NCBI RefSeq assembly: GCF_018977255.1
Contig: NW_024704742.1
Location: forward strand, 86,058,001-86,122,000
DNA: 64,000 nt
Origin: Callorhinchus milii
Taxonomy: Eukaryota
Direction: 5' to 3'
This document shows positions 51,585 through 64,000 of this stretch, one piece after another; position 1 is the first letter of the stretch; each line of letters starts with the position of its first letter. A model generated the notes under the pieces. It saw only the letters and a program-made list of their open reading frames with translations, was not told the origin of the DNA and made no database searches. Both the position numbers and the translations under genes were made by a program.

Positions 51585-51755
51585 ATTCAAGATTGAGACC
51601 AATAGATTTTTAAAAACTAAAGGGATTAAGGGATATGGGGATAGGGCAAGTAAATGGAATTAAGTTAGAAGATCAGCCATGATCTTATTAAATGGTGGGG
51701 CAGGCTCGAGGGGCCGAATGGCCTATTCTGCTCCTATTTCTTATGTTCTTATGTT
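51585..51755 (+). mobile_element. CR1 3' end (same family as 38638-39315)
   Basis: gatcagccatgatcttatt...ggggccgaatggcctattctgctcctatttcttatgttcttatg. Confidence 0.9.
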
Positions 51756-52599
51756 AGCAAGAATCTGGGGTCACGTGATGGAATTTCTCTCAATGACATT
51801 AGTTCATTGTTCGGTGGTGTCTGTTACATTCATTGGCTATAATGAACATTAAATTATGATTTAAAATAAATAACATCTGTACAACCTATTTGTTTGAAGT
51901 TTGAAATAAAATAAAAATAATAAGAACATGGTAGAAGTGGACAATAAATGGGATCAGACAAAGACCAATTCAACCCATTGAGTCTGTTTCAACAACAACA
52001 AATTGCCTTTATATAGTGCCTTTCAAGTCAGGAGAACGTCCCAAGGCCTGAACAGTTAAGGGTTCACCAATTTATTAGATCATGGCAGATCTTTTACTTC
52101 TGTTTTCCTTCCTTTCTTAGTAAATACAGTAATGCAATGTGGTACGTATAAATCTTAAACCAACAGCAACAATCCCTTTGGGAGTCTCAGAGCACTTCAC
52201 AGAGCTGATGTGGAACCTGAGCTGGAGGTTGGCGGAGGTGTGGCGGGGGAGAAAGGTGACCAAAAGTGTGGTCAGAAAGATAGGTCGTAAGACAGGCTTT
52301 AAATATGGTGGTGGGGGGGTGAAGGCAGAGGGACTTTGGAGATGGAATGCCATAGAGCAGAGGTAGAATGGAGATGATGGGACAGATTGCGTGAAGAACA
52401 CAAAGCAGTTTACTGAGCAGAACAAGTTGCTGGGGTGATAGGGTTGCAGGAGGTCACAGAGGTAGTCGTTGGATGAGGCCATGACAGGATTTGAACACAA
52501 GGATGTGAAATCCCAATTGATACTCTCTGTACGGCTTGAATGGTATAAAATTAATTCCACTGAGTTCATACTTCAGTCATATGTTTGCCTATGATATGA

Positions 52600-53460
52600 A
52601 GAGAATTACATGATCAAAACATTTAAAATAGAAAACGTAGTTAACAGTGAAGACGATTGTAAGCAACTGCTAGTGTACATATTGTACATAGTGTACAATG
52701 ATGGCAACAAAGTTAGTGAAATTATAAATTGTATGAGGAAAACTAGGGAAAGCAAGTATATCCTAAATGGTAACATTATGAAACAAGTAGAAGAGCAAAG
52801 AGACCTACGGATTAACATAGTCTATAACATCTTCAAAGATTTTGTTTGGGTCAGACAGGTGAAGGTGAGGAGAATGATGCTAGGGATAAGTGATTTGAAA
52901 CTAGAGGAACAGGGTCTATTTTCATTGGAACTGAGAAGGTTGAGTGGAAATCTGATAAGGGTCTTTAAAATTATGCAGGGTTGATGGTTGATGAGGAAAA
53001 TAATTTCAGCTGGTTGGTGAGTCAGTGACTAGTACATCAATCTGTAAGATAGTTCGCAAGGGAACCTCAATCCAAACATTCAATCCGCGACTGTTTGTGG
53101 GACACTGCTGTCGCAGTTGTGGGACACTGCACCACTGTGTTTCGCCCACAAAATATACACTCAATTCACTTTACAGGATATTCTGTGAAGCGCTTGGAGA
53201 CGACTCAACGATGTGATAAGGTGCTATATCAAATGCAAGGATCATTATTTATAAAGGGAACAAAGGGGAGGATGAGGAGTATTTTTTTAATCGGGTTTGA
53301 TATGATGTGGAATGCCTTGTTTGGTGGGAGTGGTGGTTAAGGCAGGATCTCTATTAGCTTTCAAGTGGGATCCAAGTAGATATCTAAAAAGGAGTACCTT
53401 GACTGAACAGATTGCAGTACAGAAACAATGAGCCAAATGGACTTCTTCTGTGCTAAAATT
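52600..53460 (+). mobile_element. Old CR1 fragment with nested SINE 3' half (~53080-53250)
   Basis: YILNG..KQVEEQRDL; GLFSLELRRLSGNLIRVFKIMQG. Confidence 0.7.
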
Positions 53461-54389
53461 TCTGCAGTTTTGTTTCAGTAGAAACTAAAATCTGAACAGC
53501 CTCTTGCAATCTAGCATCTTCCTGTTGACAACGGTATAATAATTTACAATTTTTTTGAATACTCTTCCTAGGAGCATCCTTATAAGAGATGATGCTTTGA
53601 TATAATTAATTTACTTAGAATGGCGCTACTTGATAAATGCAGAAAGTAATTTGAATTGAAGGTCCTAATCAGACCAGATACACAATTGCTTTAAGCAGTC
53701 TTGTAATTGAACATTAAATAATGAGCACTTCAAGTCTATAACACCAGTTTTCTGCAATAGAAATTGCTCTCAATCCAAAAACCCTGGCTCCAGTTTTTCA
53801 TCAATCTTTAATGAGTTAGGCGCTTCCTTGGCCTTAGACCTCCCGCACCACGCCCACCGACCCCCACCACACACAAAAACAATTGATCATTTGATCCACA
53901 ACACTGTCTTTTGTCTTTTTGTCATTGTGAAGATGTCTCCTGCTTTAAGCCTTAGTCTTTCAAACGCATTTCAACAGTTACTTCTCCAGGACTGGTTCAC
54001 TAGCTCACGGCTGTGATGTTTTCCATCAGGTTTAAATGGTCTCTTCAAACTTCTCTGACTGGTACATGCACTTCACCTGCAGCTATCATTATCCCTCAAC
54101 TTAAAATTTAGCCAATGAGAATGTGGATTATGGGATAGCTTTTCTGGATACATTGGTATCTGCAGGTATTATCCTAAGCTCTGATCTTCAAATATTGCAC
54201 CTGATTGATTTAGTACTTTACAAGCATCATGTCGCTACACAAAGACAAACTTATCTGATTGATTATTTTCTTAAAAAAAGGTGGTGACCTGATATTTGCA
54301 GAGTGTCTATGTGGGATTCCTTATTGCCCAACGTTTGGCTGAGCTGTTTCCCAGCAGCTCTTTCACTTAGTTATAGTCTGTTGCACATC

Positions 54390-54800
54390 TGCGTGGCTCA
54401 GTTGATAGTCCTCTTGCCTCTGAAGGCAAGAGTACTATCTTGTCAGAAGGTTGTGGGTTGAAGCCCCGTTGGGACTTGGAACCCATATGGAGGGATTCTG
54501 CATTGTTGGAGATGCCGTCCTACAGATGAAATGTTAAAATTAGGTTCTGGTTGCCTGTTCAAGATCTTATGGTGCTGTTTCACAAGATAAGGGAGTTTCT
54601 CTGGGTGTCCTGGTCAACAATCCACCAAGTGAAATTAGTCATTCATGGCTGTTTATGGGACATTGCTGTATGCAAATTGGTTGCTACATTCACTTACAAA
54701 ACATACAGTCATTATACTTTCCAGTATATCCTGTAAAGTGGTTTGAGATGCCCTCCTGACGTGAAAGCCACTACACCAAAAGTAAGAATTAAAGATTATT
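54390..54800 (+). mobile_element. Deu-domain SINE
   Basis: gtggctcagttg...gtcagaaggttgtgggttgaagcccc...gggagtttctctgggtgtcctgg...tail. Confidence 0.78.
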
Positions 54801-56269
54801 TTGTACTCACCGGGTGTTACTATGATAGAGATTGTTAATGGTTCCGCAGCCTTTAATTCAGATTAATTTGATTTTAGCATTAATATCATTACTTAAAATT
54901 GAAGATAGTGCAGAAATTTAGAAAATGGTTAAATTCGGGCTCAGTTTGAAAAGCGGCTTCCAAATTAAGACTGAATTTAAGAATGTTCCAAAATTCTGCG
55001 CGGTGTTTTATTTCAAGGCAATGATTGGGTGGACCATCTCATTTCCATAAAACTTGATATAACTACTAACTTAAGTTTGCAACATCTAAGATTGCTTTCA
55101 TGTACTGAAATTCTTCTGTAGTTACATAATATCCAATGCTGATGGCCTTCTGCAGTATTATCATTATTCTTCAGCCAACCAATAGTAAAGAAGATTAAAG
55201 CAGAATTTAAATGAGATGCACATTCATTAAAACATGCAGAAGATGGTAGTTTGTCTTACTTACTCGCCCCTGTAATTGATTTTAATTGGTGCTTTAATCA
55301 TTACACGCTAATGCATTACGCTATGTTTAACCCAATATGGAAAATGCAAATTTGTGCAATTACACTAAAAGAAATTACATAAAAAAAACATATTCTTATG
55401 AATGTGATTAGGTGATAGCACTACAATACATCGAGCCAACTGAACTCATGAAGATTGTACAGTAGGCTTCAGTGAGAGCTCAGAATTTGCTTAAAATCCA
55501 TTATGGTAATAATTAGGAATACATCTGCTGTGTTGTACTAACCTTTGTTCAAAGACCCCAGCATTTCACTGAAGGAAAGGGTTTCAATGTGAGAATTGAA
55601 CGGGAAGTGTTTCTAACATGTTAAGCGATAAGTATAATGTTGGCATGAGAGGCTGAACTGACAGCTCTGAATTATTCATTTCAGCTACACAATGATGTCA
55701 TTTCATTGTAAGGACCTAACGAAAAAATTGTTCTTTTTAGCTATCGGTGTATGAAGACCCCAGTGTGTTAGTCTGTGTGACTGAAGAGTGTTACTTTTGA
55801 AGCTAAAACTTTGGATTTCAAGCTCTTTCATTTAAGAATATTCAGACACCTGTCTGAGTGAGATACAAAGTTTGAATGATTTAGTTCAAATGCGTATTAT
55901 GTAATAGGAAGCAAGAGATCTGCGAATTTTGAATTTTTGGTTATTTGAAGGTTTTGGAAGATACACAGCAAGTTTAGTAAAATGAAAAGGGTTTCCAAAC
56001 TACACTTGTTTGTAACATAGCAAAGCTTCAGCCACTACTTTGTTATAGTCCAGAGTAATAGGAGGGAGTCATTATCTTTTTACTCTCACTTGTGGAGGCA
56101 AAAGATGTGACACAACCTCCAGTATTTTAGTTTTATTCAAAAAACAATAATTCTACTCCGTGAAAAAAATAATTCCTCAAGAGGTTACTTTATTTCTCTC
56201 TCAGTAAGCTAATGCTTCAGTAAGTCTGGGAAGAAATAAGGGGTTCTAATCATAATCTTTCAAATATAC

Positions 56270-56790
56270 TTGGATATGAAACTTGTGCTGGAAGACTGGA
56301 GGATTGCGAATGTAACACCTCTGTTCAAGAAGGGACGGAGGGATAAGCCAAGTAACCGTAGACAGTTAACCAAACACACATTGCCAGGAAAACTTTTCAA
56401 AGCAATATGAGTGGACTATGATGATTGTACAGTAGGCTTCAGTGAGAGCTCAGGACCTTCTTAAATGCTAAACCTGTATAGATTGTTACTTAGGTCGCAG
56501 TTGAAGTATTGTGTCCAATTTTGGGCACTTCAATACACAAAGGATGTCAAACTCGTAGAGAGAGTAGAGAGGAGATTGCCTAGGATAATACTGGGATGAA
56601 AGATTTTACTTAAGACCGAAAGAACTGGGACTTTTTTCCATAGAGCAGACAAGGTTGGGAGGAGACCTGAGAGAAGGCTTTTTTTAAAAAGTAATGAGGG
56701 TTTTGATCAAGTATTAAATGATGATAAATAATGAATGATTTCTACTGCTCCTTGAGTCAGAAACTAGAGGGTATAGATTTAAGATAAGTA
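56270..56790 (+). mobile_element. CR1 fragment with a large internal deletion
   Basis: EDWRIANVTPLFKKGRRDKPSN (RT N-terminus) joined to MLNLYR...LKYCVQFWA (C-terminus). Confidence 0.8.
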
Positions 56791-58099
56791 CCAAAAAAGC
56801 CACCTCCACAGACTGAGGGCTGCCCCCGCGGTGTGTCTGCTGTTCAAACAACATTTCCTCCATTGATGGTTAACTTTAGATCATCATCACATTATTCATG
56901 TTACGTAGAGAGTTCCACATATGAATGCCACCTACCAGGAGAAATTTCCCTGTGTCTGGAATGGAATGTGTATTTTCTCCCTGGAGAGATGCAACTTGCT
57001 TACCTAATTCCGGTAAGTATTAGGCGTAGGTTGGCAAGAGGCAAGGCTTGGGGATCCCAGAATGTGTGTTGAGGACACCTAACCAGCTAAAATCAGGATT
57101 ACCTAGATCACTACAAAATGTGGACTTGATTCTGTTGCTAAACATGTCACCTAAGATACAGTTCAACTCCAAGTAGATCCCAGTTTACCTCCCCTTCTCT
57201 CCCCCAGAGTTATCATTTAGCCTTTACAATAGGACATGTAAATCAGAGCAAGTTGAGGTATTAGTGGTAGTATTTATTGCACAGGTAACAGTGACTCAAT
57301 GTTCCATAAGTGTTCCAATGTGTAATGTAATATAACATCTGTCCTGTGAGAGGAACTGAATGAATTTACAAAGCTGGCTGAGCTCAAGGCACAAGTACCG
57401 CTTTGTGAAAATACATCTATAGTGATGCATTAAAGAGATTTATATTTAAATCCTGAGCCACCTCTTTGTTTGGCCATTATTACAGTGAAGGTGGTTGCAG
57501 GAGCTAAACAACAAGATGCATCACATTTGAAGTCATTTGTAGAGATTTAGGAGGAATAATAGGAGAAAACCCATCTTGAGGGTTGATGGGACCAAAAGCT
57601 TATATGGAAGATTGTGGATCATAATAGGCATTACGGAATATTGTACTGTAATATCCCATGTTATTGCAACACCTGCACTATATTAGTGAGTAAATGGAGA
57701 CAGATTTGGATGATGTGATGGTGCAGAAGAGCTTGATCATCGGCAGCAGTAAGAAAAATGTCTAAGTGTTGCTTTTGATAGGAAAGAAAAATTTAGCCTT
57801 GTGCATGAAGCATGGATAATTCTAGCAAGTCTTTACTCGTCTTAACAGGATGTAAGGTGAGAATGTCTCAGTAAAGTGCTTCATACAATATAGTGTAAAA
57901 TGTAGTGATCGTGTATTTTATAGAGACGGGTAGTTCAGTTCAACAAAAATTACAAAGAAGGCGATGTTGGTTGCAGAAGCTATTTATGTTATATTCATGA
58001 GGACATTCATAGAACACGTACAGATAAAGGTGACAAATATGGTGTAGATTAAACTGGATTAAATTGTAGGAATTCAAGGTTGTCAACACAATGAGCCCT

Positions 58100-58880
58100 A
58101 CCATTCTTCTAAAAAAAACAAATTACATTTTCCAAGGTACTGGAATGGGTCGTTGCTTCCCAGCTTTTCTCTCTCCTTTCCTGGCATTCCCTGCATAAAC
58201 TCCTCCAATCCAGTTTCCACCGAGCCCACTGTATTGAGATCACCCTGGTCAGTTACCAATGAAATTCTCTCCATCTGTGACTGGGGCTTTCTCTGCCTCC
58301 ATGTTCTCTTTGATCTGTCTGCAGCCTTTGACACTGCCAACTACCTATACTTGTTTGCCACCTCTCCTCTCAATTCCACCTTCATAGTTCTGTCTTCAAC
58401 TGGTTTCACTCTTCCGTATCCCAGCGTCTCTTCTACCAATTTCTTCTCCAGCCCCTCCCATCTCAGCGATCCTCACTTAACTCCACTGACTCCACATCCC
58501 TCAACCGATTGAGTTCTCAATCCTCCTTCTCATTTTTAAATCCCTCCATGGACTCTTCTCACCTTATCTCTGTGACCTCCTCAAACCTACCGAAATGGTC
58601 ACTCCCTTCAGTCAGCAGGCGTCAGCTTTCCTCATGCCATACCCACCTCATCATCGGCACTCTGCTTTCTGCCCCCACTCTCTGGAACTCCATCCCGGAG
58701 TCCCTCAAAATTTGCTCCTCGTTCTCTCGCCTATTTCAAGTTCTGTCTCAAGACTCTCCTCTTTGACAGTGCTTTTGGGTATCTTTCCCTCCCACCCACA
58801 ACTCAGGTGCCCAGACAGCATTGTTGAACACTTTGAGATATCCTCCCAATGTGAAAGGCATTATATAAATGTAATCATAA
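58100..58880 (+). mobile_element. Old L2 fragment
   Basis: VTNEILSICD...LFDLSAAFDTAN; APTLWNSIP; tail gtgaaaggcattatataaatg. Confidence 0.75.
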
Positions 58881-59229
58881 TAATAATCCTTGTATTTGAT
58901 ATACCACCTGATCACATATTCGAGACGTCTCAAAACGTTTCACAGAATATACTGTAAAGTGGATTGACCGTATTTTGTGGATAAAACGGGCAGCCAGTTT
59001 CGCACCGCAATGTCCCACAAACAGCCTTTAAAATTTAAAATTCCTCGAGCCAAAAACCCACCCGCATGTAAACAATTCCATTCTTTTATTTATTCTATTT
59101 ATTTAAAATGTAAATTGTATTGTAAAAGCTTGTCCACATGTAACATTGCCTGTCACTAGTTTGTCCTGCTTCCATGAACCATCGTAAATTGAGCATTTAA
59201 ACCAGGACAATGATTATTTATTTGATTTG

Positions 59230-59830
59230 AATATCGCATTTGATACAGCTCCTTTTATTTTGGAGGACATCTTAAAATGCTTCACTGGATATGCTGTAAG
59301 GTGCAGTAACTGATTTGTAGGCGACTGCGGCAGTCAATTTTGCATACAGCAATGCCCCACAAATAGCCATGTAGTGAATGATCATTTTTACCTGAGGGAT
59401 TGTTGGCCATGACTCCGAGAGAAACTCCCTTCTCTTTTCAACTAGTGGAATGGGGGTCTTTAATTTTTTTAAACAAAATATATACAGTATTTACACTTGC
59501 ATCCAAAATTTCCGTGAGCGAAAAGAAAAACGCAACCCCCAATATACTGTACAATACACACATGACCCAGCCCCTTGTGTGTGTGTGGGGTGGGGGCACT
59601 TCTGTACACTCCACGCAGGTGGTGGGTCCAACGCATCTTTAATACCCACCTGAGCAGGTAGATGGAACCTCGTCTTAGCATCTCAGCCGAAGAATGTCAC
59701 CTCCAATAATGCAGCACACCCCCAGCACTGTACTTGCGTGTCTGCCCGCCTTAGATTATGAGTTTGAAATGCTGAGGTGGAGCTTGAACCCACAACCTTC
59801 TGACTCAGAGGTGAGAATGCTACCAACTGT
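59230..59830 (-). mobile_element. Deu-domain SINE interrupted by a 171-bp insertion (59465-59635)
   Basis: The SINE core is split at tctttaat, which is duplicated at 59457-59464 and 59636-59643. Confidence 0.8.
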
Positions 59831-60289
59831 ACCTGTAAACTGTTGAGTTCAGCAAACGACTGAAATGCTTTGTACCCGTTTTAATTCCTTTCAGTGCAAA
59901 CTATTTACCATATCATTTACATGAATCTGGATGCAATTATTTGTGCCTTCCAAGGAACAGGAGTGATCCAGTGGAGAATAATATATGGCTCGCAGGGGAG
60001 TGCACATCAATGATTAAAAGATAGCGTGGAGTTTAATATTATCCAATATGAGACTCCAGTGTTGAAATCACCACTGCGTATTTATTATTGTTATATTGTT
60101 CATGGGTGTGATTTTAACTTAGCTATTTTTTATTATCATGTCATGGCATGACATGACAAGGTGGTATATAAATGCAAGGATTATTATTTTATTATATGTG
60201 TGATGCTGCCACTGAAGGTTGAACAATTATGGATTAATGACTCCAAACCCGGCATTAAAAATGATTTGTTATACAATACATCATACAGC

Positions 60290-61100
60290 ACCAAGTGCCT
60301 GCCTGGCTGGTGCCGATCTCACCTAGGAGTTAGAAGGTTGTGGGTTCAAGCCCCAGGTCAGGACTTTGAGCTCACAGTCAATGCTGATGCTCCAGCTGGG
60401 AATGCAGAACATCTGATGGGCTGTCTTTCGCATGAGATGCTAAACTGAGGTCCCGTCTGCCTGTTCACGTGTACATAAATGATCCTATGGCTCTACGCGA
60501 ATAAGAAGGGAGTTTCTCCTGGCTTCCTAGCCAATGATCCTTCTGATAGTGAACAATGATTAGACAAACATGGGCTCTTCAGTCTTTAGAGATGACAACT
60601 CTGAGAGTACCTTCTAGTGGTGTATAACATTTTAAATAGGATTGAGAAATACCAGATCAATGCTTTAGAATGCATTCAGACATTAGAACTGGAGGAGATG
60701 GGTTTGGAGATGTAAAGGGCAATTTCCGGGCAGACACCAGGACGTTTTTCTTTCTGCAAAGGGTAATCAACAACTGCAACAGGTTGGCAGGAAAGGTGAT
60801 AGAGGCCAAGGGACTGAACTCATTAAAAAAGCAGCTTGATGTGCTATAATGGAGGGACAGTAGGGTAGGTGTTCTGAGAAGATGAGATCGGATGGACTGA
60901 AGGGCCTTCTTCACCAGACCAATCTTGTGATACAGTGGTTCATTTACTTCATGGCCATCTGTAGGACATTGCTATGTGCAGTTTGGCTGCCATGTTTGTC
61001 TGCAAAATACACAGTCACCACACTTGATAGTAATCCCGTGTGCAGTACTTTCAGGCACTTTGTTATAGGTGCCATAACAAAAGCAAAACTGTTATTAATA
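60290..61100 (+). mobile_element. Deu SINE (60290-60545, 60930-61100) with nested old CR1 3' fragment (60545-60930)
   Basis: SINE head and core, then CR1 gggctcttcagtc...ggatggactgaagggccttct, then SINE tail. Confidence 0.7.
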
Positions 61101-63429
61101 ATTAAATTACTGTCACTTTAATCCTAGTAGATTGCTGTTTTTTGAATTATTCCATTTACTTTCTTCCTTAAAGCATGAGTTAGTTGGTGTGGTAAGTGTA
61201 TGAATTCAGTTTTGTTCATTATGGTGATGGGAAGTATAGCTATCTATCATATTCTCCTATTAAGTGTAATTTTTTTTAATTAAGACATTTTCTACATTCA
61301 CTTAAACAACATTTGTTGTTATAAGTTAGATATTCAGAGCATGGAGGATAAAAGCTTTCAAAACCTAATTCTTCTGGGAAGCTGCTATATTTACTGTCAG
61401 CTGTAAATATTGAATATTCCATTTCACCGTTTCGTAATCACTACACAAATTGGGTGAATTGGATATTTTACAAAGCTGCCATTTTAACAAGCCACTTGAC
61501 TAATGCAAGTGAAATTGACACTGGTGAAAAAAAAACAGAAAATGGCAGTGTAAGAGACTCTTGACAGTTTTGTTCATTGGCGCAGATCAGTCACTGAGGC
61601 AGGGATTCTTCCCACGTTGCTCCTACTTAAAACTACAACCAAAAAACGTAATGAGTAAGGTGGTCCGAGATGAACATATAGCAAGAAGTTTGCCAGACAG
61701 TGCTTTCAATGGCAAACTAGACTGCAGCAGACCCCAGGGCACATTCTGGGGTCCCCATGCCTTGGATCTTGCCAATCTGCATCTTATACTTTCCAGAATT
61801 AAGTAAGCCGAAATGGAAATTACCATGTGAGTGTCGCATATATGGTACTCAGTTTGGTTTGGATACTGTTAAACCTGGTGATGGAAAGCACATATCAGAC
61901 ACCCGGTTGACCAGAAAATTGGCCCTGAGAAGGTTGGGCCAATTTAATCTCCCCCTATAGAAAGAAGCACAGACTGGAATTCAACAACAACTTTCATTTA
62001 TATAATGCCCTTCACAGGGGTTAGCATTTCAGAGCGCTTGAATTCAAATCAATGAGCTGCAGGTCCACAAATTGCAGCTCCATACACTGCGTCGGGGCTG
62101 CCTCATACAGGACCATTTTAATGTTATTAAAGAGTGAGTCACATGACAACATGCACTGAACTATCTCCTGCCACCGCACCCTGTCTCCCTCATGGTGGCT
62201 TCTCTTTGGATTAGGAAATGCAAATCCTGATTGTTGTTCCAAATTGCCTTACTCCTGGAAGCGATAGCATGGCCGCAGTGGAAACCAGGCATAAAACCAG
62301 GCGTATCATTCAAAGCTCAGAGTTTCTGGAGTGTTGTAGTAGATGGCACCTTTTCATTCATTTTCTGATATTCTGCTTTGATCAATGTATCCAGGTGTCG
62401 GGTGGCTACACCAAATGACTCGAACAATTTAATGTCTCCACAAAGTTATGGCGCCAAACACTTCTTTATTGTCCATTGAAGACAGTGCACTTCAATAATA
62501 CAATGCTGACAAGGACTTGGAACAAAGCAGGCAGTACTAAAAAATCATTGATATTGCTTTCTGTGGGAACATAATGCCTTTGTACAGTGATTATATAGGC
62601 TGGAAATGTTATCAGGTGCCGTGTGTAAATAGATCAGACATATCACCATTAAATACGCCCGCTGTTTGTGACACCCGTTCCGGCTGTACTTTGCAGCATC
62701 AGTGGTTATTGGTTTGAAATGTGCACTTAATTTAATTGGATCTGCCTGAATAATTGACTAAATTGATGCTTTTACTTGAATGGAAGGAATCATTGGTCAC
62801 TGTGTTGGAATATGTCGTGATGTTAAACACCACTAAATGTATTGTGGACTGCACTTTGCTGTAATTTGCTGGTAACATTATGACACTTTGATCACTCATC
62901 TCTCTGATCTTTGATGTTTATTCAAACATAATGCATCGCCTTTGGAGTAAAATAGTAGGATAGATTTCTTTTGGGCTATAAACTCCAATCCTTGCTTATG
63001 TTCTCATTCTTCAGATTCAAGTCTTGCCTATTGTTTATCAACTAGTTAGAATCAAGCCAGAGGGGTGAAATCTATTGTGTTTCATAACAGATTTGATGTA
63101 ATCATTCTCTTGATAATTACAGTTAATAATAAAATAATCATAATCCTTGTGTTTGACATAGTGCCTTTCATGTCGGGAGGATGTTTCAAAGAGCTTCACA
63201 GAGTTTACTATTTTTAGTATTTTGAAGGGGAATGATATTTCATATATGGTAGTTTGTAGTTACGATAATCATAATTATGATTCCCCTTTTACAATAATTT
63301 CTGGACTCTACCTCAACCATGGTTTGCAGTAGAGAATTACACATTCCATCCACCCTCTAGGTGAAGATCCCCTTTAATTCCATAGTCACACCTACCAGCA
63401 AGAGCAACCAGACATAAACAGATATTAGG

Positions 63430-63740
63430 CTGCCAGCCTGGCTAATTTAGTAGGACTGATGCCTCTGAGTCAAAAGATTGTAGATTCAAGCCCATGTTGG
63501 GACTTGAGCTCGTAGTCTCGCCTGATGCTCCAATATATTGCTGGGGCTTTGCAGGATTATTGGAGGAGATATTAAACCAAGGTCCCTTCAAATATCATCA
63601 ATGTCATGGTTGTTTGTGGACATTTCCACATACCTATTGACTACTGTGTTTGCCTGCAAAATACTCAGTCGCCTCACTTGACAGTAAAATCCTGTGAAGT
63701 ACTTTGAGATAGTGTGATATGGCACTTAATATATACTATT
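63430..63740 (+). mobile_element. Deu-domain SINE, decayed
   Basis: cagcctggctaatttag...gcctctgagtcaaaag...ttcaagccc...tail. Confidence 0.65.
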
Positions 63741-63800
63741 TTTTTAAGGGTATAAATTCTTTGTACATCACCCCCAGGTCTAATCTGAGATCCTTTGAGA

Positions 63801-64000
63801 TCCTGTAGCTCAGTGGTTAGAGCACTCGCTTTGCAAGTGAGAGACCTGAGTTCAATTCCAGGCAGGGCGAAACCTTGGGCAAGTTTCCTTACTCCACACG
63901 CCTAATAATAATCCCTCCAAAAAACCAAAAACAATAATTAAATTGGTTATTTTCAATCTACGACTGTTTGTGGGACATTGCTGTGCGCAATTGGCTGCCG
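63801..64000 (+). mobile_element. Young tRNA-Ala-headed SINE, short subfamily (runs off the window end)
   Basis: tcctgtagctcagtggttagagcactcgctttgcaagtgagagacctgagttcaattccaggcagggcgaaacc; TGC anticodon at 63832-63834. Confidence 0.92.

Noticed and set aside
62060..62460. GC-richer block with short ORFs, considered as a possible exon
   Set aside because: No similarity to TRPM3 or any protein I recognise, and no convincing splice-site pair.
63801..63875. tRNA-Ala(TGC)-like sequence (also at ~36835-36904 and ~38320-38386)
   Set aside because: SINE heads: they continue into SINE body and tail and lack a proper acceptor stem and terminator.
1..64000. CRISPR array, operon or prokaryotic defence/RT system
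   Set aside because: The DNA is vertebrate intronic sequence. Recurrent repeats are dispersed SINE/LINE copies, with no regular repeat-spacer periodicity and no cas-like ORFs.
41494..64000. TRPM3 next exon (AQKSWIERAF...) and intronic miR-204
   Set aside because: Not found by eye; both are expected further downstream, outside the window.

Overview
Eukaryotic (vertebrate) genomic DNA, not prokaryotic. The repeat content points to a cartilaginous fish, probably a chimaera such as Callorhinchus (inference): Deu-domain SINEs, a tRNA-Ala-headed SINE, many L2 and CR1 LINE fragments and a Penelope-like end. The only host coding sequence I can support is one 90-nt exon on the + strand (41404-41493, [30 protein letters not shown] followed by a GT donor). 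It matches the alternative first coding exon of TRPM3 (exon 2, beta-type N-terminus), so the rest of the window is most likely TRPM3 intronic or upstream DNA. Nearly all ORFs in the supplied track are decayed retroelement pieces or low-complexity artefacts. I see no evidence for a new multi-gene system. The observations most worth following up are: (i) an in-frame stop just upstream of the TRPM3 ATG, which excludes the longer N-terminus annotated in human, plus a long overlapping uORF; (ii) a decayed minimal hammerhead ribozyme in a Penelope-like end; (iii) two non-autonomous hAT elements, one a 1.28-kb fold-back; (iv) several locally templated duplications at insertion or deletion junctions; (v) a 75-nt near-perfect hairpin inside an L2; (vi) old L1-clade and possible RLE-clade LINE fossils and an unclassified dispersed repeat. 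Most repeat boundaries were read by eye and are approximate.
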